A DNA stretch of 64,000 nt. It comes from Bacillota bacterium (GTDB lineage: Bacteria > Bacillota > SHA-98 > Ch115 > JABLXJ01). The position numbers and the translations under genes are program-made. The notes under the pieces were generated by a model. That model worked only from the letters and a program-made list of their open reading frames with translations, did not search any database and was not told the DNA's origin. Shown here piece after piece: positions 22,646 through 31,700 of this stretch. The stretch is taken from NCBI GenBank assembly GCA_012839815.1, contig DUMQ01000136.1:19125-83124 (forward strand). Direction: 5' to 3'. Positions within the stretch are counted from its first letter, which is position 1; every line of letters begins with the position of its first letter.

Positions 22646-22906
22646 CTAAGTTAGTGCGCAAAAATATCCAGACCTTTCCCAAGTGACAGCCACCAGTGCC
22701 GCACAGTGGCCGGGGTGTCTCGCATCTCTCCGCCCGGCGGACGCGGCTAAGTGTAAGTTCGAAGATTACTAACGTTTTTCCACGGGTTGCCGGTGCTTGC
22801 GTGACGGGGCCTTTTGAAATTTGGCAAGGCCCTCACGCCAAATTTCAACGGAGGCGCGCCGCAAGCGCGCCGTCCCCGGAACGCAAGCACCGGCAACCCA
22901 TGGGAC
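22646..22906 (+). repeat. Structured GC-rich repeat element, copy 1. It consists of a 5' module, a left arm, an inner hairpin and an inverted right arm.
   Basis: Shares about 185 nt with the reverse complement of 38713-38890 and about 95 nt with 63600-63712. The 3' 55 nt (cggaggcgcgccgcaagcgcgccgtccccggaacgcaagcaccggcaacccatgg) is the exact inverse of the arm seen in copy 2. That makes a long stem of about 23 bp. Confidence 0.7.
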
Positions 22907-22969
22907 GTGCTAGTAAACTGGCACAAATTACGGCATGAGATAGCCAGGCGAGTTCCTGCATACTGGCCA

Positions 22970-23962
22970 TCAGAAGTTAAACTTATCTATATTGCTCTTA
23001 TCGAAGACGAAAGGAGGGCCGAGGACAAGCATCTTATCCTTCTCCCTGTATTCAACCTTGCCGATCTTGGGGACGTTATTAACGGGTGCGAAGCCCTTGC
23101 CTTCGACAAGCTGCTTTGCTGCCCAGACCGTAAGGTAACCGAGATCTACAGGGTTCCAGAGCAGGAACCTTTTTACGGTCCCGTCTTTGACGTACTCCCT
23201 CATCAGGGATGGCGTTGATATGCCGGTCGCGACGACCTTTCCTGACTTGCCGGCCTGGCGCACAGCCTCCGCCACGCCAGGAGCGGAAGTGCTGCACTGG
23301 CCGATTATCCCCTTAATCTTGGGGAACGCCGTGAGGATATCCAGGGTCACGCTAATCGCAAGCTGTATGTCCTCCTCGGCGTAGCGAATCGTCACCAGCT
23401 TCATCTTGGGGTACTTGGCCAGCCGCTGCTGCTCATACATTATCCAGGTATTCAGATTCCACGCCGTAGGGCCGCATGAGACGATGGCAAACTCGCCCTC
23501 ATATCCCATATCCTCGGCGAGCACATCCATCATGCTGTAGCCTATCTGGTCCTGGAGGGCCTGGTTTACGAAGACCTGGCGCACGGAGTCCGGCGCGTCT
23601 GTATCAGAAGTCATAACCACGATTCCCTTATCCCTGGCCTTTTTCAGGATTGGAGCGATTGATGTGGGGTCGTTCGGGGCAACGGCGATGGCGTCGACAC
23701 CCCTTGTGATGAGGTTATCGATGATCTCCACTTGTTTGGTCGGGTCCGCAGTGACGGGGCCTGTATAGATGAATTCAACACCCAGGTCCTTGGCGGCTTG
23801 TTTCCCGCCTTCCTCCATGGCGTTAAAATACGGGATCCCGACGAGCTTGGGCACAAATGCTATCTTGATGGGCTTGGAGCCAGCCGTCGCCGTCCCGAAG
23901 ACGAGCACGAGAGACAACACGGCCAGCAGGAGCGTCAGGAGAATCTTCCGGCGGAACAACAT
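22970..23962 (-). CDS. Periplasmic sugar-binding protein (PBP type I; ribose/AI-2/rhamnose-binding family), an orphan with no adjacent permease or ATPase.
   Basis: 330 aa with a signal peptide (MLFRRKILLTLLLAVLSLVLVFGTATA) and a Peripla_BP-like core. Confidence 0.85.
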   Translation of the reverse strand: MLFRRKILLTLLLAVLSLVLVFGTATAGSKPIKIAFVPKLVGIPYFNAMEEGGKQAAKDLGVEFIYTGPVTADPTKQVEIIDNLITRGVDAIAVAPNDPTSIAPILKKARDKGIVVMTSDTDAPDSVRQVFVNQALQDQIGYSMMDVLAEDMGYEGEFAIVSCGPTAWNLNTWIMYEQQRLAKYPKMKLVTIRYAEEDIQLAISVTLDILTAFPKIKGIIGQCSTSAPGVAEAVRQAGKSGKVVATGISTPSLMREYVKDGTVKRFLLWNPVDLGYLTVWAAKQLVEGKGFAPVNNVPKIGKVEYREKDKMLVLGPPFVFDKSNIDKFNF

Positions 23963-24298
23963 TTCTAAAGACCTCCTCTTCTTTCCCTTTTTCCCATTCT
24001 TACCTTTTTGTCTCTTCAGATTTTTTCGTCCTCAAAACTAATGGGAGCCTGCACGATCTCTCGATCTCTTAAATAATTAAGGAACAAGGTTGCCGCCCTC
24101 CATCCATCACCTCCTGAGCGCTTATTTTTTTAGATACCAGTTGTAGCAGTAGCAACTGTATAGCTCTATAATTAACCTTATTAATATTTCACTAATATAT
24201 AATTATAACTACACCAACATTACAACTGAAATCGACTATAAATATTAATTCTATTTTTACCATTAGAATCCTTCTATGGGGGGACAAAAATATCGTAA

Positions 24299-27103
24299 CT
24301 ACCTGAGGAGCTTCTGGCGGAGCTCGTGGAGCCTCTGGAGCGCCTGGATGGGGGTCATATTATCAAGGTCAAGGTCCCTGATGCAATCGAGAACCTCCTG
24401 ACCGGCGCAATCCCCCATGATTCCGCCATCTCCGGCCTCCCCGGCCGCGGCAGCATCGCCCCCGCCGATGCCACGCTGGTCACACTCCCCCTCTTGCTGC
24501 GCAGATTTTAACTGCTCCGCTAACTCCACCCGCTCCGCGGGTACCGCCATATCGAAGGGTGCCGCCATATCGAAGAAGGATAGCTGGAGCCTCTCCGGGT
24601 TCCTCCTCTCCAGGTCCTTCAAGATCTGCTCCGCCCGCCTGCAAAATGCGGCATCAAAGCCGGCCATCCGCGCCACGTTGATGCCGAAGCTCCGCGCCAC
24701 GGGCCCTGGAGCTATCTTGTAGAGGAACACAGGCTTGCCCTCCTCGACGACGGTTTCCATGTGATAATTCCTGACCCCCTCGACCTCCCCTTCAAGCCTG
24801 GTCAGCTCGTGAAAGTGGGTGCTGAAAAGCACCTTGCACCCGCCCGCCCGGGCCATTGCTTCCACATAGGCCTGGGCTATGGCTATGCCGTCATATGTGG
24901 ATGTCCCCCTGCCCAGCTCGTCCACTAGCACGAGCGAGTGCTTGGGGAGCCGGTCGGCATGTTGTCCGGCTCCAGGGCGAGGGCGGCGACGCGCGGCGGC
25001 CACTAGGTGTTCCCGGGCCTCGATCATCTCCATCATGAAGGTGCTATAGCCAGCGGAGACATCATCACCCGCCCCGATGCGCGTGAGAACCTGATCCACG
25101 ATGCCTATCCTGGCTTCCCTGGCGGGCACGAAGCTCCCCATCTGGGCCATTATGACGATCAGCGCGACCTGCCTGATGTATGTCGATTTACCGGCCATGT
25201 TGGGACCCGTAATCAGCATGACCTGGTTCTCCTGGGGGATGAGGACTGTATCGTTGGGCACGAAGACTCCATCGAGCATCGCCTCAACCACGGGGTGGCG
25301 GCCGTCTTTGATTATGATGGAATCCCCGGCGTTCACCTCGGGCCGCACATAGCCGCGCCGCTCAGCTACCTCCGCCAGGGAGGCGAAGACATCGAGTTCG
25401 GCAATGAGCGTGGCGACCTTCAGAATTCTCTCAGCCTGGGCGCTCACCTTATCGCGGATATCTACAAAAAGGTTATATTCGATCTCGATGATACGCTCCT
25501 CCGCGCCGAGGACCTGGGACTCAAACTCCTTCAGCTCGGGGGTTATGAAACGCTCGGCGTTGGCCATGGTCTGCTTGCGGATATAATCCTCAGGGACGAG
25601 GTGGAGGTTTGGTCGGGTCACTTCTATATAATATCCAAACACTTGGTTGTAGCCGACCTTCAGGGACTTGATGCCCGTCCGCTCGCGCTCGCGCGCTTCG
25701 AGGTCCGCAATCCACGTCTTACCCTCGTTCTTTACCCTGCGGAGGCGGTCGAGCTCTGCATCATACCCGTCCCTGATCATGCCGCCCTCCCTCACAGTGG
25801 CTGGCGGATCGCTGACCAGGGATTTGTCGAGCAGGTCATGAATATCCTTCAGGTCGTCGAACCGGGACGCGATCCCCTCAAGAGCCGGCGAATCACACCC
25901 CTGGAGCGCCATTTTGATGCCCGGCAAGGCCCCGAGCGACGTAGACAGCGCCACAAGGTCGCGGGCGCTGCCCAGCCCGCAGGAGATCCGGCCGATGAGG
26001 CGTTCTATGTCGCGGATGTCCTTCAGGAGCCGTCTCAGGTCATCCCTCAGCATCAGGTTGCCCACAAACTCCTCAACAGCTGAGAGCCTCCTGTTGATCT
26101 CATCGAGATCGAGCGAGGGCTGTTCGATCCACCTGCGAAGCAGCCTACCTCCCATGGGGGTGACAGTGAGATCGAGCACAGAAAGGAGGGAGCCCTTGCG
26201 CGACCCGTCCCTTGCGTTCTCGGTGAGCTCCAGGCTCCTGCGCGTCGAGGCGTTCATCGTCATATAGTTGGCCGTCGAGTAGACCTTTAGCTCCACAATG
26301 TGGGCAAGCGAGGATTTCTGCGTCTCCCTCAGGTAGGCCATAAGCGCCCCTGCCACGCTCACGGCAAGCCCGGAGGTGTCCCTGGAGTCCCTGGAGGAAT
26401 CAGGGTCATGGATACCGAACGCCTCCAGCGATGCGACCTGGAAGTGCTCGAGCAAGACGCGCCGGGCCGTCCCCGGCGAGAAATGCTCCGCTCCGTAGTA
26501 CGTGCAGGAAAGCCCACGGAGGCCGCTGAGAAACTCGTGAAGCCTCTCGTTCTCCCGCACGCCGGGCCCCACCAGGCATTCGGAAGGCTCGATCCGGGCT
26601 ATCTCATTCACCAGGCGCCTTTCGACATCCTCGCCCGTGATCTCCGTGACGATGAACTCGCCTGTCAAAACGTCGCAGGCGGCCAGGCCGGCCTTACCGC
26701 GGTCAAGGGCGATCGCTGCGATGTAATTATTGACCTTCTCCTCCAGCATGGAGAAGTCGGTGACCGTGCCGGGCGTAACGACCCGGATGACCTCCCTCCT
26801 GACGATCCCCTTTGCAAGTCTCGGGTCCTCAACCTGCTCGCAGATGGCGACCTTATGGCCGTTCTTCACGAGCTTGCCGATATACATCTCGGCAGCGTGA
26901 TAGGGGACCCCGCACATCGGCATGCGCTGCCCCTTCCCAGCCTCGCGGGATGTGAGGGTGATCTCGAGCTCGCGGGATGCAAGCTCAGCATCTTCATAGA
27001 ACATCTCGTAAAAATCGCCGAGGCGAAAGAAGAGTATAGCGTCGCTATACTGCTCCTTTATTGCCTTGTATTGCCGGAGCATAGGGGTCAAGGCATCACT
27101 CAA
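24299..27103 (-). CDS. mutS: DNA mismatch repair protein MutS.
   Basis: The N-terminus MSDALTPMLRQYKAIKEQY..FYEMFYEDA matches MutS. Walker A is GPNMAGKST. At 934 aa it carries an extra low-complexity stretch near the C-terminus. Confidence 0.95.
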   Translation of the reverse strand: MSDALTPMLRQYKAIKEQYSDAILFFRLGDFYEMFYEDAELASRELEITLTSREAGKGQRMPMCGVPYHAAEMYIGKLVKNGHKVAICEQVEDPRLAKGIVRREVIRVVTPGTVTDFSMLEEKVNNYIAAIALDRGKAGLAACDVLTGEFIVTEITGEDVERRLVNEIARIEPSECLVGPGVRENERLHEFLSGLRGLSCTYYGAEHFSPGTARRVLLEHFQVASLEAFGIHDPDSSRDSRDTSGLAVSVAGALMAYLRETQKSSLAHIVELKVYSTANYMTMNASTRRSLELTENARDGSRKGSLLSVLDLTVTPMGGRLLRRWIEQPSLDLDEINRRLSAVEEFVGNLMLRDDLRRLLKDIRDIERLIGRISCGLGSARDLVALSTSLGALPGIKMALQGCDSPALEGIASRFDDLKDIHDLLDKSLVSDPPATVREGGMIRDGYDAELDRLRRVKNEGKTWIADLEARERERTGIKSLKVGYNQVFGYYIEVTRPNLHLVPEDYIRKQTMANAERFITPELKEFESQVLGAEERIIEIEYNLFVDIRDKVSAQAERILKVATLIAELDVFASLAEVAERRGYVRPEVNAGDSIIIKDGRHPVVEAMLDGVFVPNDTVLIPQENQVMLITGPNMAGKSTYIRQVALIVIMAQMGSFVPAREARIGIVDQVLTRIGAGDDVSAGYSTFMMEMIEAREHLVAAARRRPRPGAGQHADRLPKHSLVLVDELGRGTSTYDGIAIAQAYVEAMARAGGCKVLFSTHFHELTRLEGEVEGVRNYHMETVVEEGKPVFLYKIAPGPVARSFGINVARMAGFDAAFCRRAEQILKDLERRNPERLQLSFFDMAAPFDMAVPAERVELAEQLKSAQQEGECDQRGIGGGDAAAAGEAGDGGIMGDCAGQEVLDCIRDLDLDNMTPIQALQRLHELRQKLLR

Positions 27104-27180
27104 GGAGGCTCACCTGCTCAGTATGCGCATATCACTGAAGCATCGCATACGCCGGCCCACAGGCCAATCAATAATCAATA

Positions 27181-27203
27181 TCGCATCTCTCCGCCCGGCG
27201 GGC
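27181..27203 (+). repeat. 23-nt fragment (tcgcatctctccgcccggcgggc) shared with the repeat family.
   Basis: An exact 22-23-nt match to the core of copies 1 and 2. It lies in the mutS/mntR intergenic region. Confidence 0.4.
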
Positions 27204-27288
27204 GCGACTGTATATACATTTATTATACATCTATGCACCTGCTTGTCCAGCCCCGGGCCGGACAGCCACAAAGAGCATGTCGCCGCAC

Positions 27289-27801
27289 TTACCCATCATC
27301 CCTAACATGCCGGTAGTTCCAGGCCCGTAACTCCGCAAGCTCAATACCGTCAGGGTATTTCAGCGAGCCGCCGCCGCTCGCCATCACCCTCAATTCCAGA
27401 GCCCGCTCGGGGTTATCATGGAGGTAATCTACGAGATTTCGGATGAGGCACATGGTAGCAGGGGTTATATAGTGCTCGATTCCCTCAACCTGCCCGTCGA
27501 CATCCACCCCGCGGGCCGCCCCGAGGGCGCGCAGGAACGCTTTGAGCATCCTGTCGCGCCACACAAGGAACCGCCCTATCTCCTCGCCCCTGTGCGTGAG
27601 GACGATATTTCTATACTTCTCGTACCGCACAAGGCCGGCCTCGTCAATCTTCTGGATCATGCGTGTGATGGACGAGGGCTGGACGTCGAGCGCCTCTGCA
27701 AGCTCGACCATGCGGAGAGAGCCCCGCTCCCGGATCATCCTGTAAATCATTTCAAGATAGTCCTCCATACTCTCCGTCAGCATGATATCACATCTCCTCA
27801 A
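27289..27801 (-). CDS. DtxR/MntR-family metal-dependent transcriptional regulator.
   Basis: MLTESMEDYLEMIYRMIRERG..VELAEALDVQPSSITRMIQKI matches MntR/DtxR. The likely start is M7 at 27783. It lies downstream of feoB. Confidence 0.85.
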   Translation of the reverse strand: MRRCDIMLTESMEDYLEMIYRMIRERGSLRMVELAEALDVQPSSITRMIQKIDEAGLVRYEKYRNIVLTHRGEEIGRFLVWRDRMLKAFLRALGAARGVDVDGQVEGIEHYITPATMCLIRNLVDYLHDNPERALELRVMASGGGSLKYPDGIELAELRAWNYRHVRDDG

Positions 27802-29363
27802 CGCATCCCAAGCAATCTAGCTAGCCACGTTACGCCAAGACACGCAGCCGATGCGACAAGCAACGGCAGGATGACGGCGATGAGCGCCCACTTGGCACTC
27901 CCTGCCTCCTTGCGTATGGTCCAGAGCGTCGTGCCGCAAGGGTAATGGAGGAGCGAGAAAAGCATCATCGAGAGGGCCGTCAGCCACGTCCAACCGTGCC
28001 CCTCCACGAGCAGTGCCCTGAGGGATTCGAAGCTTTCGACCTCCAGCATCTTCCCGGCCGAGAGATAGCTCATGAGCAAAATGGGAAGGACGATTTCATT
28101 GGCCGGGAGGCCGAGGATAAAAGCCATTATAATGAAGCCATCCAGCCCCAGAGCGCGTCCAAAGGGGTCGATGAAAGCTGCAGCGTGAGCTATGATGCTC
28201 TTGCCCTGAATAAAGGTGTTGGCCAGGACCCAGGCGATGCCCCCGGCAGGGGCCGCCACAGTAACGGCCCTCTGCAGGACAAATGCCGTCCTGTCAATTA
28301 ACGACCGGATGAGGATCCGCCCCACCTGAGGTTTTCGATACGGGGGCAATTCGAGCGTAAACGATGATGGCACGCCGCGTAATATCGTCCCAGCGAGAAG
28401 CCAGGACACCAGGAGCGTTATGGCGATCCCGACCAGCACGAGCCCCACAACTACGGCCGCGGCCACGGCTGTGCTGTAAGCGGGCATCACGGCCCCACCC
28501 ATGAAAATCGTAGCAAGCGTAATCAGCAGAGGGAAGCGGCCGTTACAGGGAACGAAATTATTCGTAAGAATTGCGATCAGCCGCTCCCGTGGTGAATCTA
28601 TGATACGGCACGCAATGACGCCCGCCGCGTTGCAGCCGAAGCCCATGCTCATCGTTAGCGCCTGCTTGCCGTGCGTCCCCGCGCGTTTAAAGAGGCGGTC
28701 AAGGTTGAAGGCCACGCGTGGGAGATAGCCCAGGTCCTCAAGCAGGGTGAAGCACGGGAAGAATATGGCCATGGGAGGCAGCATGACCGAAACAACCCAT
28801 GCCACGGCCCGGTAAACGCCGAAAACGAAAAAGCCGTGAAACCAGCCCGGTACGCCCAGCCTCACGCACAACTCGGATAGGCGCGCCTCGATCCCGAAAA
28901 ACAGCGACGCCAGCACCCGGGATGGGTAATTCGCCCCTGAAAGTGTTATCCAGAACACGATGCCGAGCAACAGGAGCATTATGGGGTAGCCCCACAGGCG
29001 TGAGGTCAGGATATCGTCGAGCCTTTGGTCCCAGTCGATCACCCGTGACCCCGGGGACCGGGCGCCCTGCCTGCCCGCCCCGCCTGCAACCACCTTGCGG
29101 GCGATGGCTTCGGCTTGCCTGTAGATGCTGCCTACTATGCGATCATGGATATCGCCCTCCAGGATATCGCCATCCGGCTGACGGCCTGGCATCCCCGTCC
29201 TACCTGGCCCCCGGGGCTGGCCCAGACTGCCGCTACTATCATTTGCCGGCTTATTTGGCTTATTTGTAGTTACCGGCTTATTTGCCGGCTGTTTAGGCTT
29301 CCTGGTAACCGCGCATGTACTGGAGTCGATGCTCTTTATCCTGTCCGTGAAGGTCCTGTCCAT
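27798..29363 (-). CDS. feoB: Ferrous iron transporter FeoB, membrane (gate/nucleoside-recognition) portion.
   Basis: Multi-TM protein with FeoB core motifs (MSMGFGCNAAGV, SPRERLIAILTNNFVPCNGR). Its first 75 aa are a low-complexity K/P/N-rich stretch, and the ORF overlaps the G-domain ORF in another frame. Confidence 0.8.
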   Translation of the reverse strand: MDRTFTDRIKSIDSSTCAVTRKPKQPANKPVTTNKPNKPANDSSGSLGQPRGPGRTGMPGRQPDGDILEGDIHDRIVGSIYRQAEAIARKVVAGGAGRQGARSPGSRVIDWDQRLDDILTSRLWGYPIMLLLLGIVFWITLSGANYPSRVLASLFFGIEARLSELCVRLGVPGWFHGFFVFGVYRAVAWVVSVMLPPMAIFFPCFTLLEDLGYLPRVAFNLDRLFKRAGTHGKQALTMSMGFGCNAAGVIACRIIDSPRERLIAILTNNFVPCNGRFPLLITLATIFMGGAVMPAYSTAVAAAVVVGLVLVGIAITLLVSWLLAGTILRGVPSSFTLELPPYRKPQVGRILIRSLIDRTAFVLQRAVTVAAPAGGIAWVLANTFIQGKSIIAHAAAFIDPFGRALGLDGFIIMAFILGLPANEIVLPILLMSYLSAGKMLEVESFESLRALLVEGHGWTWLTALSMMLFSLLHYPCGTTLWTIRKEAGSAKWALIAVILPLLVASAACLGVTWLARLLGMR

Positions 29364-30096
29364 GAAAATACCTCCAACCCAGAGGTAGCTGGGTCAGCGT
29401 CTGCGGCGCTATATCCCGTATCGCATTGATCATAGTCGTGTCGCCCTCGATAAACCGGAGAGCCACCCAGCGGGGGTTCAATCGATCGCCGATAGCCCTG
29501 GAGAGGCCTGGCAACAACTCCTGAATAGCACGCTCCAGCTCGGGTTCGTAGGCGACACACCTTGGGGAGGTTGCATACACGCCGGTTACAATATCGTAGA
29601 CAATGTCTTTCAGCGCGACCAACCCCTCCCCGCTGCGAGCGACCGTGGCCACGGCTGGGACGCCAAGCTCGTGTTCCAGGGCCTCAACATCCACATATAT
29701 TCCCTTGCGCTGTGCCTCATCTATTAGATTTACGCCCACCACCACCCTGCCGGTGATCTCGATGACCTGGAGAACGAGATTCAGGTTTCGTTCAAGGCAT
29801 GTCGCGTCAACCACAACGATGACGGCATCCGGCCGCCCAAAGCATAAGAAGTCGCGTGCGATTTCCTCCTCTACGGAGTTGGCAAGAAGTGAATACGTCC
29901 CGGGGAGGTCCACCAGGGTGAACGTCCTGCCCCTATGAGTGTATCTCCCCTCAGCCCGTGATACGGTCTTCCCGGGCCAGTTTCCCGTGTGCTGGCGCAG
30001 CCCGGTGAGGGCGTTAAAGATCGTGGTCTTTCCTGTATTAGGGTTTCCCATCAACGCGACAACGGGTTGGAGGCGCTTGCCGTCCACCTGGGTCAT
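29293..30096 (-). CDS. feoB: Ferrous iron transporter FeoB, N-terminal GTPase (G-domain) portion. It is split from the membrane portion.
   Basis: G1 GNPNTGKTT, G3 DLPG, G4 NLID. 267 aa, ending 71 nt inside the downstream ORF. Confidence 0.85.
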   Translation of the reverse strand: MTQVDGKRLQPVVALMGNPNTGKTTIFNALTGLRQHTGNWPGKTVSRAEGRYTHRGRTFTLVDLPGTYSLLANSVEEEIARDFLCFGRPDAVIVVVDATCLERNLNLVLQVIEITGRVVVGVNLIDEAQRKGIYVDVEALEHELGVPAVATVARSGEGLVALKDIVYDIVTGVYATSPRCVAYEPELERAIQELLPGLSRAIGDRLNPRWVALRFIEGDTTMINAIRDIAPQTLTQLPLGWRYFHGQDLHGQDKEHRLQYMRGYQEA

Positions 30097-30129
30097 CTCC
30101 CTTCACTCATTCGCCATCTCCAGGGTTGC

Positions 30130-30405
30130 TCATTCGCCATTTGCAGGACGCACGAGAATCCGGGCGGACTCCTCCCTGCGAAGGGCGATGATCGCCCCGC
30201 GAATGCGAAACGCGACCGGGTCACCGATCGGGCTGTGCCGCACGGCCTGGACCCGAGTGCCAGGCACCAGGCCGAGATCGAGAAGCCTCCGCCTTACGGC
30301 GCCGCCTACCAGTATCTCATCTACAATGCCTACCCCACCGACCGGCAGGTCGCATAGGCGCAGGCGCAACTCATGGCCGGCCATCGCTTGCGTCGCACCA
30401 GTCAT
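30130..30405 (-). CDS. feoA: FeoA.
   Basis: 91 aa SH3-like FeoA (LCDLPVGGVGIVDEI..RRLLDLGLVPGTRV). Confidence 0.85.
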   Translation of the reverse strand: MTGATQAMAGHELRLRLCDLPVGGVGIVDEILVGGAVRRRLLDLGLVPGTRVQAVRHSPIGDPVAFRIRGAIIALRREESARILVRPANGE

Positions 30406-30635
30406 AGCCGCGTCACCACTCTCCCTCGCTTCCCCGTCCCCATCACTGCGAGGCCATTACTATTCATTATGGGGATCATGGGGATCCTGACCTTTATACC
30501 TCTATACCCCAGTGCAAAAGAATTGCATATTGCTAAATCTCGAGCCCGGGTACGACCAGAGCCACTCCAACTTCGCCTCGAACTTCGCCGTCGGTTACCG
30601 CTACATACTATGTCTCCGGGGCACCACATGGTACC

Positions 30636-31487
30636 TTGTCATGGCGGCCTATCGCCGGCAGGATGTCACGTCGGCAGGATTTCTACCTCACGGCCAGAAT
30701 CTTATACCTACGAGACGCCCTATACGAGTGCCAAAAAGGGCAGAGATTTATGCACACTAACTTGGGAGCGCCAGGGGTACCAGGAGTGACTACGGCAAAG
30801 CGACCACGGCGATATGTATCTCAGTCGGGTCCCCCGGGCGATGGATGTGCTTATATGCTTACGAGGGATTACCTCCTCACTATGCTCGAGGATATCCGGG
30901 AAAAGTTGTGTATTTTTCCACAGCGCGCTGCGGAGTATGCCGCGCAGGAGGCAATCCTGGTGCGGATGCTACGCGCGACCGGGCCGCGGGAATGCGGGGA
31001 ATCCAGGGCCGGAGATCATGGATGCATAAGTAATGAGCGGGATGCTCTCGCGGGCGCTCTGGAACAGGAACTCTCAGCCCTCATGGACACGCCGCTGGGG
31101 CCTGAAGTAAGGTTTATTCAAAGGGTTGAGGAATGGAAGGCGCAGGGCTTCTGCGTGGTCCCAGTTGATGACAGCGATCGCGATACCGCTGCGATCGCGC
31201 CCGGAGGAACCCAGGTCCAGCTCACGCTGCCCCTCTTTGGCGATGTAGACGTGGTCATCACCCCAGAGGCAGCCCCTGTAGAGGGCAGAGTGCCTGGACA
31301 TGATGACAAAGCAACGAGTTGCCCCGGTCTCGTGAAGGCCCTGGCGATAGCTGCAGGAAAAGGAAGTGGCCAGGTGCAATCCAGCATGGCGAGAGCCGGC
31401 ATACCAGAGCAGGAACGGAAGATCCTCCTGGGAAGGGCCAGGCTCCTGGTCCTGCTATATGAAGAAATGCATAAAGAGATCAAATAA
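30636..31487 (+). CDS. Hypothetical protein with no recognisable domain. A more likely start is near 30855.
   Basis: This is the longest protein-like frame in a GC-rich 1.2-kb gap. The opposite-strand frames are S/T/P-rich shadows. The RBS is weak. Confidence 0.35.
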   Translation: MSWRPIAGRMSRRQDFYLTARILYLRDALYECQKGQRFMHTNLGAPGVPGVTTAKRPRRYVSQSGPPGDGCAYMLTRDYLLTMLEDIREKLCIFPQRAAEYAAQEAILVRMLRATGPRECGESRAGDHGCISNERDALAGALEQELSALMDTPLGPEVRFIQRVEEWKAQGFCVVPVDDSDRDTAAIAPGGTQVQLTLPLFGDVDVVITPEAAPVEGRVPGHDDKATSCPGLVKALAIAAGKGSGQVQSSMARAGIPEQERKILLGRARLLVLLYEEMHKEIK

Positions 31488-31700
31488 CTGGAGCCCCTTG
31501 CTTCCAAATCGGTGTATCATTTGTTACGTGCTGTCCATCCCAAATCCGCGGGGGAAATACGAATAATATATAAAGGCAAGCAGGCGGGTATCGCTATGCC
31601 ACTGTAGATACTGTCCTGGCACAGAGAGTGTGACTGTGCTATGTGTTATCGCAGAAATCATGCTGTCGCAGGGAACGTAGAACGCGAGGGGGCATCTAGC

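Noticed and set aside
25007-27316. Long plus-strand ORFs (25007-26083, 358 aa; 26300-27316, 338 aa) inside mutS.
   Set aside because: They lie antisense to a confidently identified mutS and have Arg/Pro/Gly-rich composition typical of shadow frames in GC-rich coding DNA. No domain was recognisable.
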